From NCBI GenBank assembly GCA_022704145.1, contig JAKJGY010000001.1:5445-69444 (forward strand): 64,000 nucleotides of DNA, read 5' to 3'. This stretch comes from Verrucomicrobiota bacterium (lineage in GTDB: Bacteria > Verrucomicrobiota > Kiritimatiellia > RFP12 > UBA1067). Positions within the stretch are counted from its first letter, which is position 1; each line of letters starts with the position of its first letter. Shown in pieces: positions 26,326 through 40,259 of the stretch. The translations under genes and the position numbers were made by a program. The notes beneath the pieces are model-generated. The model worked only from the letters and a program-made list of their open reading frames with translations, made no database searches and was not told the origin of the DNA.

Positions 26326-26844
26326 CTAACCTTGAGCAGCGGCAGCGAGCCGCTTCTTGTGCTCCTGAAACGCAGCCGCCGTCGCGTGCCGCATCTGCGC
26401 ACGATAGACGCCATATGTCAACGGCGTCCCCTCGCCCGCCTCGGCCTCCTCGACAGCGCAGTGAAACAGCGTATGCGTACCCATCTCATAAGTATGCACC
26501 ACCCGGCAAAGATACCATGCCGCATGCTCGCGCAGCACAGGCAGGCCCTCGTGCAGATCGTGGCTGACCTGCGACCACTTATCAACTTGTCTCGAAGACT
26601 GGAAACCGAAGATCGCGATCGTCAGCGGATCGACATCGTCCCGCAGCACGGACACGCTGAAGCGCCCGGTCTCATGGATACACTCGTTGGTGCGGGTGTG
26701 CTTCTGGCTGCACAGGATGACCGTCGCGGGATAGGCCGTGGCCTGAATGAAGGCGTCGACCACGCAGCCTCCCAGGGCTGTCCCGCACTCAACCCCGACC
26801 ACATACAGCCCGCAGGAGATTGAAAATAGCGCTTTATCGTTCAT
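26326..26844 (-). CDS. flavin reductase-like FMN-binding protein (split-barrel family)
   Basis: A 172-aa protein matching the Flavin_Reduct pattern (LYVVGV...ATAYPATVILCSQKH...FSVSVL). Confidence 0.6.
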   Translation of the reverse strand: MNDKALFSISCGLYVVGVECGTALGGCVVDAFIQATAYPATVILCSQKHTRTNECIHETGRFSVSVLRDDVDPLTIAIFGFQSSRQVDKWSQVSHDLHEGLPVLREHAAWYLCRVVHTYEMGTHTLFHCAVEEAEAGEGTPLTYGVYRAQMRHATAAAFQEHKKRLAAAAQG

Positions 26845-27799
26845 CCTTGTCCCTCAACCTTGCCGGCAGGGCCGGTAACGCAAACAGCGGAGACTCTTCG
26901 GGAACAGCCGTCAGACTCTCCGCCTCCTCAAAGCCGAAACGGGCCTGCAGCAGGCCCACCGTCTCACGTAGAAACGCCTCAGGGGTCGAGGCCCCGCTAG
27001 TCAGGCCGAGCGCACGGACACCCCCCCAGGCCTGTTCCTCAAGCTGCTGGGTCGTGCTGATCAGAAACGCCTCAGCACCCGCCTCACGCGCGGCCTCAAC
27101 CAGACGCTGGCTATTTGAGCTGTTGGCCGAACCGAGAACCAGCACACGGTCGCACAGCCGCGCCAGCAGCCTTACGGCACGCTGCCGGTTGCGCGTGGCG
27201 TAACAGATGTCGGTGCTGGGGGGCGTCAACAGGCCGGGATAGCGGCCGCGCAGCGCAGCCAGGATCTCTCCGGCCTGCTCCTCGCCCAAGGTCGTCTGAG
27301 TCACAACCGCCACAGATACGCCGGCTGGCAAATCAAGGGCGTTCACCTCGGCCACGCTCTCCACCACCCGGACGTGCCCCGGGGCTTCGCCGGCCACCCC
27401 CACAACCTCCTCATGACGACGGTGCCCGACGCACACCACCGTCGCGCCCTGATCGACGAAACGCCTGACCTCGGCATGCACCTTGGTGACGAACGGGCAG
27501 GTGGCGTCCACCACGCTCAACCGGCGCTCCTCCGCCTCGCGCCGCACCGCCGGCGCGACCCCGTGCGCCGAGAACAGGACGATCGAGCCCTGCGGCACCT
27601 CGCCGACCGAACCCACGAAGACCAGCCCCAGCGCGCCCAGCCGGTCGGAGACCTGCCGGTTGTGGACAATCTCATTCAGGCAGTAGACCGCCTGCCCCCG
27701 GCAGCGCGCAAGAACCTCCTCCGCGGCCGCGACCGCACGCGCCACACCGGAACAGAACCCGTGTGGCGTGACGACGACCAGCCGCCGCGCGGCGTTCAT
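26834..27799 (-). CDS. ispH: 4-hydroxy-3-methylbut-2-enyl diphosphate reductase (IspH/LytB)
   Basis: VVVTPHGFCSGVARAV, NEIVHNRQV, GSIVLFSAHGVAP, DATCPFVTKVH, VVTQTTL and VLGSANSSNSQRL are all LytB signatures. Start chosen at MNAARR (27799). Confidence 0.85.
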   Translation of the reverse strand: MNAARRLVVVTPHGFCSGVARAVAAAEEVLARCRGQAVYCLNEIVHNRQVSDRLGALGLVFVGSVGEVPQGSIVLFSAHGVAPAVRREAEERRLSVVDATCPFVTKVHAEVRRFVDQGATVVCVGHRRHEEVVGVAGEAPGHVRVVESVAEVNALDLPAGVSVAVVTQTTLGEEQAGEILAALRGRYPGLLTPPSTDICYATRNRQRAVRLLARLCDRVLVLGSANSSNSQRLVEAAREAGAEAFLISTTQQLEEQAWGGVRALGLTSGASTPEAFLRETVGLLQARFGFEEAESLTAVPEESPLFALPALPARLRDKDER

Positions 27800-28110
27800 A
27801 CGTCCTCCTCCAGTCCGCCCTCGCGCGCCAGCCGCTCGAGGACCTGCTCGGCCGGGGTCAGGCAGCGCTTGGAGGCGTTGCAGCTCGCGCAGGCCGGCAC
27901 CACGTTCCCCTTGGTGCTCCGGCCCCCGCGCGCCACAGGGACGACGTGGTCCAGGGTGAGCGCGGCAGCCCCCACGTGCTGCCCGCAGTAATGACAGACA
28001 CCCGCCTGGAGCTGCTGCCGCCACCAGGCGCTCTCACGCAAGGAGCGGGCCCGTTGCCGCTCGGCCGCGACATGCCTCTCATCTTTACGGATATCGATCC
28101 ACTCCGGCAT
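27796..28110 (-). CDS. small stand-alone HNH endonuclease
   Basis: CHYCGQHVGAAALTLDHVVPVARGGRSTKGNVVPACASCNASK is the HNH motif (C-x2-C...DH...N...C-x2-C). It has a 4-nt overlap with the ispH start. Confidence 0.75.
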   Translation of the reverse strand: MPEWIDIRKDERHVAAERQRARSLRESAWWRQQLQAGVCHYCGQHVGAAALTLDHVVPVARGGRSTKGNVVPACASCNASKRCLTPAEQVLERLAREGGLEEDV

Positions 28111-28128
28111 CTCAGGTCACGCCTCCGC

Positions 28129-28884
28129 TCACTCCCGTAGCGCGATCAGGCGCTGCGCATGATTATCCTCTGCGACCGCCAGCGCCAGAAACGTCTCCCT
28201 CAGGCGCGGTATCGAGCAGGTCCGCGCGAGCGTCCGATAGAACTGGGCCATCGCCCGCTCATGCGTGATCGCGTGCTCGACCGCCTCCGACGACTGCGCG
28301 GCGTCATGCAACAGCTCGTCCACAGGCGGCAGCTCCCCGGCCATCGCCGCCGTAATCGCGAGGTCGCGCTCGGCCCCGGCGGCAGTCGCGCACAGCATCG
28401 CCTCGTGGTGCCAGCGCTCCTCCAGGGCCAGCCGCTCGAAGACCGCCCGGACCCGCGGGTCGCCCGTCCGGCGGGCCAGCGCCTCATAATCCTCGAAAGC
28501 GGCACGCTCGAACACCGCCGCCTGCTGGATGACGAAGCGTCCCATCCAGCCCTCGACCTGCGACAGCGCAGGCGCCGGGGCGGCTGCGAGCGCGGGCCTG
28601 GCCCAGAAGACGTCGCGCAGCATCAGGCAGCCGAAAACCAGAAACAGCAGCCCGCCGACGCCTTTGATGTATCTCTCATCCGGCACGAATTTACGGATCA
28701 GGTCTCCCGCCAGAACACCGATCGCGGTGGAGGCGGCCAGCGCGAAGACGCCCGCGCTGAACACCGTCCATTTGGACGACGTCGCCGCCGACTGGCTCAT
28801 CACCGCCAACTGGGTCTTATCACCCAATTCAGCAAGAAAGATAAGCGAGAACGTACTGAAAAACAAAGGCCAGTTCATCATCAT
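28129..28884 (-). CDS. membrane protein: single GDT1/TMEM165 (UPF0016, E-x-G-D-K-T) repeat fused to a C-terminal ferritin-like/rubrerythrin-like four-helix domain
   Basis: The N-terminal 3 TMs carry AELGDKTQLAV. The C-terminal half has paired EE..H motifs (FERLALEERWHH, AVEHAITHERA, AVAEDNHAQRL). Confidence 0.55.
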   Translation of the reverse strand: MMMNWPLFFSTFSLIFLAELGDKTQLAVMSQSAATSSKWTVFSAGVFALAASTAIGVLAGDLIRKFVPDERYIKGVGGLLFLVFGCLMLRDVFWARPALAAAPAPALSQVEGWMGRFVIQQAAVFERAAFEDYEALARRTGDPRVRAVFERLALEERWHHEAMLCATAAGAERDLAITAAMAGELPPVDELLHDAAQSSEAVEHAITHERAMAQFYRTLARTCSIPRLRETFLALAVAEDNHAQRLIALRE

Positions 28885-28887
28885 CCT

Positions 28888-30630
28888 TTACTTCACGATC
28901 CGCACGCCTTCGGGCGCCGTGGTCGCGCTGCGGAGCGTACCGTCAGCCTGCCGCTCGTGGCGCACACGGACGATGCCGTGCGGGGTCGGGAAACTCCCCT
29001 CAGCCCAGCTCAGATTCCCGAGGAAGGGCCGCACGCGCACCGTGCGGCAGCCGACCTCTTGCGGCTGGATGCCGAGCACATGGGCGATCAGCCACACGGC
29101 CGGCCCGGAAGACCAGCCGTGACAGAGGCTGTGGCGAAATCCCTTGTAGCAGAACTCCCCGTAATCGCCGTGGATGTCGCGTTTTCCGGCAACCGGAAGC
29201 TCGTCAATCCGGAACGCGTTGTTCGTCCACGCCACATTAAAATCTTCCCAGAAACTGGTCGCGCCCACATCCAGCATCGCGCCCCAGTAGTCGCGCACAG
29301 TGTCCAGGCCGAGCTGAACCTCGCCCGCCCGGGCCATCGCCTCAAGCATGTAGTACCCATAGAAGGTTGACACACCCTGCACGCCGTTCTGCGCCAGAAC
29401 GTCGCGGCACATCTCACGGGCGTCGCGCAAACCGGAGAGCGCCAGCAGGGCCGCAGCCTGCTTGCTGCCTTCGGGCGCGGGCGTGACCTGCCGCAACCGC
29501 GCGCTGCAGGCCTGGCAGCGCGCCGCCAGAGGGGCGTCGTCGAGCGCGGCCGCCAGACGCGCCCCGTCCTCAAACGCGAGCAGCATCAGCGCCTGCATAC
29601 CCGCGTCCACCGCCTTGCGGTTGTGCTGCGTGGGCCAGTCCAGGAAACCCTGCGGCAGCAGACAGCGGCCGTCCGCTCCGACATGGCGCTCCAGGTGCCC
29701 CAGGACCTCGCTCAGATAGCCGCGCTGCCGCTCAAGATAGGCGCGGTCGCCGGTGTAGGCGTACCAGTCGTGCAGGCAACGCACCCACCACAGCGTGTAG
29801 GAGGGCATCCCGTTCATCCACTTGTCGACGGGCGTGGTCGCGCGCATGTAGTCGAGGGACTGAGGCAACACCTCCTGCCGTCCGAAAACCGCCATCAGGG
29901 CCATCGCCTCAGGGTGCATGTCGCCCATCCAGACCAGACGGTCACGCTTGATGCCGTCCCAGACAAACTCCTGACAGCACAGGTGCAGCGTGCGCACGGC
30001 GGTCGACCAGATCTGGTTCAGGCGTTCATCGCTGCAGCGGAAAGAGCCGAGCTGCGGCATGTCACGCATCAGCGAGACCGCGCGCACGGACTCCAGGCTC
30101 AGCACGCCGGGCGAGACGAGGTCGATCCGCACGAAGCGGAACCCGGTGTTGCCCGTCTCGCGCGTGCCCAGCCACGGCAAGTCGATCACGCCGTCGCGGA
30201 TCGCATGGTCGTTGCAGGCGCCGCGCTCGCCCAGCTCGGCCATGGCCTCGGCCACAGACTCGCCGAAGCGCACACGGACTTTGACATTCCGGCCGCTCGG
30301 CCCGCCCGAGGCGAGCTGCAGCCCGCCGTGCAGCTCACGGCCGAAGTCGACCAGCACCGAGGCGGCCTCGCCCTTGTTTTCCATGCGGCAGCCCGAACCG
30401 GAGAGGAAGACGCCCTCAGGCACCTGCCCGTGGCGAGGCGCAAGCAGGATCGCCGCGCCTGTGACGGAGGCGCGCTCGCCGACACCCGAGTCCCAGACGA
30501 TCCGGGTGGGCGCGACCAGCGTCCGCACGCGCGGATCGACCGTTTCAGCCGCCTGCGACACCGGCACCGCTGCGGCAACCGCCAGAGAGGCGAACAGGAC
30601 CGCCAAGTCTTTCATCACATGCATAGGCAT
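28888..30630 (-). CDS. secreted glycoside hydrolase, GH78 alpha-L-rhamnosidase-like (six-hairpin) family
   Basis: Signal peptide, then the Bac_rhamnosid6H-type pattern (WMGDMHPEAMALMAVFG...WEDFN...SLCHGWSSGP). Confidence 0.6.
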   Translation of the reverse strand: MPMHVMKDLAVLFASLAVAAAVPVSQAAETVDPRVRTLVAPTRIVWDSGVGERASVTGAAILLAPRHGQVPEGVFLSGSGCRMENKGEAASVLVDFGRELHGGLQLASGGPSGRNVKVRVRFGESVAEAMAELGERGACNDHAIRDGVIDLPWLGTRETGNTGFRFVRIDLVSPGVLSLESVRAVSLMRDMPQLGSFRCSDERLNQIWSTAVRTLHLCCQEFVWDGIKRDRLVWMGDMHPEAMALMAVFGRQEVLPQSLDYMRATTPVDKWMNGMPSYTLWWVRCLHDWYAYTGDRAYLERQRGYLSEVLGHLERHVGADGRCLLPQGFLDWPTQHNRKAVDAGMQALMLLAFEDGARLAAALDDAPLAARCQACSARLRQVTPAPEGSKQAAALLALSGLRDAREMCRDVLAQNGVQGVSTFYGYYMLEAMARAGEVQLGLDTVRDYWGAMLDVGATSFWEDFNVAWTNNAFRIDELPVAGKRDIHGDYGEFCYKGFRHSLCHGWSSGPAVWLIAHVLGIQPQEVGCRTVRVRPFLGNLSWAEGSFPTPHGIVRVRHERQADGTLRSATTAPEGVRIVK

Positions 30631-30725
30631 ACTTTACACGAGCGCTTACGACACCGGAAGGCAAAAAAAGATGGGGCGGGAGCCGAAGCCCCCGCCCCAT
30701 CCGCTTGCGTGTAGAGAACGTGCTC

Positions 30726-32354
<1,629 letters not shown>

Positions 32355-32390
32355 GTTACAAGTCTCCTTTACGAATGGTTGGGGTTGAGG

Positions 32391-32678
32391 TTACTCGATC
32401 ACGCCGAGCAGGTCCTCTTCGCGGACAAGCTGGAGGGTCTTATCGTTGATCTTGACTTCGGTGCCGCCATACTTGGGCAGCAGGACCTTGTCGCCGACCT
32501 TGACGTCGAACGGAATCTCCTTGCCGTCGTCGTCACGCTTCTTGCCGATCGCGACAACCTTGCCCTCCATCGGCTTCTCTTTCGCGGCGTCAGGGATGAT
32601 GATGCCGCCCTTGGTGACTTCCTTGACGTCAATAGGCTCGACCAACACGCGGTCGCCGAGCGGACGAATCTTCGCCAT
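32391..32678 (-). CDS. groES: co-chaperonin GroES (Hsp10)
   Basis: [45 protein letters not shown]... Start chosen at MAKIRPL; the longer ORF is an upstream extension. Confidence 0.95.
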   Translation of the reverse strand: MAKIRPLGDRVLVEPIDVKEVTKGGIIIPDAAKEKPMEGKVVAIGKKRDDDGKEIPFDVKVGDKVLLPKYGGTEVKINDKTLQLVREEDLLGVIE

Positions 32679-32768
32679 GTCTCTTCTCCTTGTTTTGTGT
32701 TTAAGTGCCGGGCAGGAACTCCACCCCGCCCCTTGAAACCTTCGTGCCGCGCACCCGCGCAACCGAAA

Positions 32769-34703
<1,935 letters not shown>

Positions 34704-35143
34704 CGCTCGCTCCATTCTGCCCGCGGACTGTTCGTGCGCATCACCTCTTGCGGACGCGGGCTTAAAAGCAGCATCTGTGCCACACCGCGACCGATCCAGT
34801 GAGCCTTAAAGTCATAAGAATCTACTATACTGATATTTACGCGAAATTATCGATCCACAGACACCCTCTCCGATTGGCGATTATAGCGTGTGCTGTCACA
34901 CCGGGTGTGCCATCGGCACGTCATGTGTGCCAAAAGGATACACCGCGCCGAACCATCGCAATCAACCGATTTAAACAAAAGTTTAAAAACAGCGCCGCAG
35001 GGGGCAATAGTCACGCGCCACCGACGTTTATCACCCTGCACATGTCAGCCAGTCGCTTGACGGTGGACCCGTCGAAAGCGTAGACTGCCTGCCAGTGAAC
35101 GTGTCGCGCGTGAAAGGCCGGACCACCGGCAAGGAGGCGAACG

Positions 35144-36886
35144 ATGCAGACCCGAGTCAAACCGAGTGTCATTTTCTGCTTAGGCCTCTGCCTGTGCTCA
35201 CCCGCGTTCGCGCGCCGCGAGCGGGGTCAGGATCTTGGCGAGTCCCGCTCCGAGACGGCACGGCAACCGGTCGCTCCGGTTCCGGCCGCCACCCCCTCTC
35301 CGATCGCGCGGGCGGTTGTCCGAGGACTGGAGGCGCGACAGGCTCCCGCGGCACCCGCTGCGCCACAGGCCCAGCCGCGCGAGCCCCGCCGCGAGACGGC
35401 CCCAGCCTTCCGCCCCTCCTCGCAAGTCGAGCCTTCCCGCCGTACGGTGGGGATTTCACCGACATCCGCCACGGGGCTTGGCAACGGCCGCCCGACCCCT
35501 GCTGAAGGACTCCCGCCCTCACGGCAGCCGCAGTCCGCCGCGAGTCAGACGCCCCAGCGTGCGGTGCCGCAGCAACCCGCTGTCAGCGCGCCCCGCACGG
35601 TCGAGACGTACCGTCCTCCCGCCCCTGTCAGCGCGCCCCGCACGGTCGAGACGCCCCGCCCCGCCCCCGTGAGCGCGCCCCGTACGGTCGAGACGTACCG
35701 TACCGCCCCTGTCAGCGCGCCCCGCACGGTCGAGACGCCCCGTCCCGCCCCCGTGAGCGCGCCCCGCACGGTCGCGACGCCGTCGCCGACGTCCCGAAGC
35801 TTGGAGACGCCGCCCGCCATGACGCGCTCAGAGGTGCCGCGCCGTCCCGAGGTGCGCACCCCCAGCCCCACGACACCAAGCCCCACAGAGCGCCGTTCCA
35901 GCCAGAACAGCGATCCCTTCGGTCGCGCCCTGACGGAACAGCCCCGCGGCAGGACGCCCTCAGTCAGCCGGACGGACACGGCGCGTTATCCCTCGACCGA
36001 CCTCCGTGCGCGCAGCACGGATTCGCGTGTCAGGTCGCCTGACCCCACCACCGCCTGGTCGCGCGACCCTTCGCGCCCTTCGCTCACCCTTCCCGGATCC
36101 CGCCCCTCGCCTTCGCCGCGTCTGGCGATCCGCCACCCCGAACCGAGCCGCCACCCGCGCCATGAACGTTATCCTTACCCCTACTACTCTCACCGGTATA
36201 GCCCTCTGGCCTGCCACCCTCCCGCACGCACAACCCGTTTCTCGTTCTTCTGGAGTGGGAGCGGTTTCGCCTATGGCATGACCACGTACCCCACGTGCTA
36301 TTATTCGCCTTACCCCTATTATTCGTACTCCTCCTGGTGGGCTGGCGACGTGGGTTGCACGCGCTCCTACTACAGCAGTTGGCGCTCGGGATGGTATGGC
36401 GGCTTCTCTTACGTCTATAACCCGTGGCCCGTCTATCGCACCTATTACCTGTATGAGACCGTGCCCGTGCTCACGCGGACTGAGACGGTCTACGTCAGCG
36501 CGCCCGTCGTCAGCGCACCGGTGGACGCCGCGCCAGTCGCCGCCGCTTCCGCGACCGTCGCCGTCACGCCCCAGCCGGCCGTGATAACCCCCGCCGTCAC
36601 GCCCTCCGCCTGGCAGGCGGCACCAGCCGAGGTCCAGGTCGATGTGACGCTCACCGGCTGCTTCTGCGCCTGCCGCTGCGACGGCCAGCGCGACTGCATG
36701 TGCGACTATCCGTGCGGAGCCGAGTACGCCTTACTGCCGGATGAGTTTGACCTCTCCCTCGCGTTCGTCTCATACACCGAGGTTCCCCATACCGAAACCG
36801 TCTGGGCCGCCTACGCAGGGATCGACCGCATGGCCCTGGAATTACAAACCCTTTCAGACCCGTGGCACGCGGTTGCCGCCGACTGA
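35144..36886 (+). CDS. secreted low-complexity protein: signal peptide; Pro/Ala/Arg-rich region with 5 tandem 14-15-aa VSAPRTVET(P/Y)R(P/T)AP repeats; Tyr/Trp/Ser/Gly-rich aromatic segment; Cys-rich CFCACRCDGQRDCMCDYPCG motif; conserved-looking C-terminal domain
   Basis: Signal MQTRVKPSVIFCLGLCLCSPAFA. The repeats are visible at both DNA (35582-35795) and protein level. The protein is encoded 20 nt upstream of an exporter operon. Confidence 0.6.
   Translation: MQTRVKPSVIFCLGLCLCSPAFARRERGQDLGESRSETARQPVAPVPAATPSPIARAVVRGLEARQAPAAPAAPQAQPREPRRETAPAFRPSSQVEPSRRTVGISPTSATGLGNGRPTPAEGLPPSRQPQSAASQTPQRAVPQQPAVSAPRTVETYRPPAPVSAPRTVETPRPAPVSAPRTVETYRTAPVSAPRTVETPRPAPVSAPRTVATPSPTSRSLETPPAMTRSEVPRRPEVRTPSPTTPSPTERRSSQNSDPFGRALTEQPRGRTPSVSRTDTARYPSTDLRARSTDSRVRSPDPTTAWSRDPSRPSLTLPGSRPSPSPRLAIRHPEPSRHPRHERYPYPYYSHRYSPLACHPPARTTRFSFFWSGSGFAYGMTTYPTCYYSPYPYYSYSSWWAGDVGCTRSYYSSWRSGWYGGFSYVYNPWPVYRTYYLYETVPVLTRTETVYVSAPVVSAPVDAAPVAAASATVAVTPQPAVITPAVTPSAWQAAPAEVQVDVTLTGCFCACRCDGQRDCMCDYPCGAEYALLPDEFDLSLAFVSYTEVPHTETVWAAYAGIDRMALELQTLSDPWHAVAAD
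35582..35795 (+). repeat. five tandem 42-45-bp coding repeats (GTCAGCGCGCCCCGCACGGTCGAGACG...)
   Basis: Seen directly in sequence. Confidence 0.9.
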
Positions 36887-36905
36887 CCACGCCCCTCCTC
36901 CCGTT

Positions 36906-38318
36906 ATGACGTTGCGCCCGCCGCACCTCCTCTTGCCCCTCGCCCTCACCGCCGCGCTGTGCGGCTGCCGTGTCGTGCGTGAGGCCCGTCAGATCCAGGA
37001 ACAGGGCGCGACGCTCCCCGGTGAGCGCACGTCCTCGGCCGCCGAGGCCGGGCTGACCGCAGGAGAGGCGTGCTCGCTGACCGGTCTGGTTAGGATCGCG
37101 CTCAGCAGCCACCCCGCACTCCTCCAGGCCCGGCAGTCCGTCGAGGCCGCCCGCCTGCAGTGCCGCCTCATCCGCTCGGGCCGCCTGCCGCAGCTCTCCG
37201 CCAGCGGCGGCTATACCCGCGCCACTCAGAACGTCAGCGGCCGCCCGACCTCCTCGGCGATGCGCGGCACCTGGAACAGCTCCCTCGGACTCGACCTGCT
37301 CCTGTTCGACTTCGGCAAGCTGGACGCCCAGGAACGGCAGGCCCTTGAGTCGCTGGTGGCCGCCGAGGAGCAGCTCCGCGCCAGCGAGATCGACGTCGCC
37401 TATGCGGTCCGCACCGCCTTCTTCGAGCTGCACCGCAGCGCGGAGCTGCACCGCGTGGCCAACGAGAGCGAGCGCCTGTACGCCCAGCACCTCACCGAGG
37501 CGCGCGCGATGGTGGAGGTCGGCACGCGCCGCCAGTACGACGCCACCAAGGCGGAGGTCGACTGGGGCAACGCGGTGCTCGACGTCATCACGGCCAGCAA
37601 CGCCTACGTCACCGCCCGCGCCCAGCTCGCCCGCGATCTCGGCCTCGCCGAGTACCCTGACTTCTCCTTGCGCGAGGAGACCCTCCCCGCCCCCGCCGAC
37701 ACCGACGCCGCCAGCCTCCTGGCGCGGGCGCGCGAGAACGCCCCCGCCCTCGCCGTGCTGCGCGCGCGCGAGCGGGCCGCCTCGTACGCCGTCGACGAGG
37801 CCGTGGCCGCGCTCTACCCCGACGTGACCCTCAGCTCAGACCTCACCTTGGGCGGCCGCGACCTCCCCCTCACCCCCAACTTCTCCTGGACCATGCGCCT
37901 CGTCCAGACCCTTTTCGACGGGAATCGCAGAGCCGACCGCATCCGCACCTCCCTCACCGAGCTGCGCAGCGCGCGCGCACGCGTCGCCGATGCCGAACAG
38001 GCCCTCTTCCTCAGCCTCGTGAGCGCCGCCGCGCAATACCAGAGCGCCACCAAGCGGCTCGACACCGCGTTGCTGGTCGCCCGACAGGCGGCCGAAAACC
38101 GCGACCTGGTCAACGAGCAGTACCGCGTCGGGCTCTCCTCCTCCATCGAGCGCACCGACGCGCAGGTCGCCGTCACGCGGGCCCAGGCCGACGTGGTGCG
38201 CGCACGCTATGACGCGCACGCCGCTCAGGCCCTCCTCGCGCGCCTCACCGGAGAGGCGGCCGCCCCTGACGCGGACGGCGGCCCCATCGCAACCGACGCA
38301 CCGCAAGGACAACCATGA
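36906..38318 (+). CDS. efflux outer-membrane factor lipoprotein (TolC/NodT family)
   Basis: Lipoprotein signal MTLRPPHLLLPLALTAALCGC followed by TolC-type repeats. It starts 20 nt after the stop of 35144-36886. Confidence 0.8.
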   Translation: MTLRPPHLLLPLALTAALCGCRVVREARQIQEQGATLPGERTSSAAEAGLTAGEACSLTGLVRIALSSHPALLQARQSVEAARLQCRLIRSGRLPQLSASGGYTRATQNVSGRPTSSAMRGTWNSSLGLDLLLFDFGKLDAQERQALESLVAAEEQLRASEIDVAYAVRTAFFELHRSAELHRVANESERLYAQHLTEARAMVEVGTRRQYDATKAEVDWGNAVLDVITASNAYVTARAQLARDLGLAEYPDFSLREETLPAPADTDAASLLARARENAPALAVLRARERAASYAVDEAVAALYPDVTLSSDLTLGGRDLPLTPNFSWTMRLVQTLFDGNRRADRIRTSLTELRSARARVADAEQALFLSLVSAAAQYQSATKRLDTALLVARQAAENRDLVNEQYRVGLSSSIERTDAQVAVTRAQADVVRARYDAHAAQALLARLTGEAAAPDADGGPIATDAPQGQP

Positions 38319-39523
38319 AGAACGCGCTCCTATTGCTCCTCCTGGTCGCCGCCGGCGCAGGCGGCTGGTACGCTTACGTCAAGACCCGTCCGGCAAAAGA
38401 TACCGTCGCCTACCGGACGTCGCCCGTCACGCGCGGGACGGTCATCAAGGATATCCGGGTCACCGGCATCGTCCGGCCGATCAAGCAGGTCGAGGTCGGC
38501 ACCCAGGTCAACGGACCGATCGTCCGGCTGTACGCGGATTTCAACTCCGTCGTGACCGCCAACCAGGTCGTGGCCCAGATCGACCCGGCCGTCTATGAGG
38601 CCACGCACGCCAAGGACTGCGCCCAGCTCAAGTCCAACGAGGCCAACGTCAACCAGACCCGCGCCCGCCTGGCGCTGGCCGAGAAAGACCTCGCGCGCAA
38701 GTCGGAGCTGGCCGCCCGCAAGATGCTCGCGCCCTCCGAGCTGGACGCCGCCGCCGCCGAACGCGACGCGCTCCAGGCCCAGCTCGGCGTGGCCCTGGCC
38801 GCGGTCGAGCAGTCGCAGGCGGCCGTCAAACTCTCCCGCACCAACCTCGGCTACTGCACCATCCGCTCGCCCGTGGACGGCGTGGTCATCGCCCGCAATG
38901 TCGACGAGGGCCAGACCGTCGTCTCCTCCATGAGCGCCCAGAAGCTCTTCCAGATCGCCACCGACCTCAAGCGGATCCAGGTCGAGGCCAGCGTTCCGGA
39001 GGCCGACGTCGGCCAGCTCCGTAACGGACAGCCGGTCTCGTTCACGGTCGACGCCTACCCCGACCCGTTCAAGGGCGAGGTCACCCAGATCCGGCTCGCC
39101 TCCTCAACCGTCCAGAATGTCGTCACCTACCCCGTCATCGTCGAGGCCGACAACCCCGGCGAGCGGCTCTTCCCCGGCATGACCGCCATCCTCCTGATCG
39201 AGGTCTCCCGGCAGGAGGACGCGCTGGTCATCCCTGCCGCAGCCATGCGCTTCGCGCCCACCAACCTCGTCACCGATATCCGCGGCCCCAAGATCTGGCT
39301 ACTGAACACCAACCGGACGCCCGAGGCCGTCGCAGTCAAGCTCGGGATCTCCGACGGCTCTCGGATCGTCCTCCAGGAGCCCGACGGAGTTGAGGGCCGC
39401 GAGGTCGTGCTCGGCCTCCAGGGCAGCCAGGCGAACGGCGGCGCGGCCGGCCCCAAAAACCCGTTCATGCCCACGCCCCCCGGCGGAAACGACGCCCGGC
39501 AGATGCGGCGCGCCATGCGTTAA
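38315..39523 (+). CDS. efflux periplasmic adaptor (MacA/HlyD family)
   Basis: TM at the N-terminus, coiled-coil hairpin, IRSPVDGVVIARNVDEGQTV lipoyl motif. Paralog of 13131-14444. Confidence 0.85.
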   Translation: MKNALLLLLLVAAGAGGWYAYVKTRPAKDTVAYRTSPVTRGTVIKDIRVTGIVRPIKQVEVGTQVNGPIVRLYADFNSVVTANQVVAQIDPAVYEATHAKDCAQLKSNEANVNQTRARLALAEKDLARKSELAARKMLAPSELDAAAAERDALQAQLGVALAAVEQSQAAVKLSRTNLGYCTIRSPVDGVVIARNVDEGQTVVSSMSAQKLFQIATDLKRIQVEASVPEADVGQLRNGQPVSFTVDAYPDPFKGEVTQIRLASSTVQNVVTYPVIVEADNPGERLFPGMTAILLIEVSRQEDALVIPAAAMRFAPTNLVTDIRGPKIWLLNTNRTPEAVAVKLGISDGSRIVLQEPDGVEGREVVLGLQGSQANGGAAGPKNPFMPTPPGGNDARQMRRAMR

Positions 39524-39563
39524 GGGGAACCTGCGCCTGACGCCTGCAGGGCCGCAACACACC

Positions 39564-40255
<692 letters not shown>

Positions 40256-40259
<4 letters not shown>

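Noticed and set aside
32679-32768. Possible sigma-54 or CIRCE element between dnaK and groES
   Set aside because: GGCACG-N4-TTTC lacks the -12 GC, and no CIRCE inverted repeat is present.
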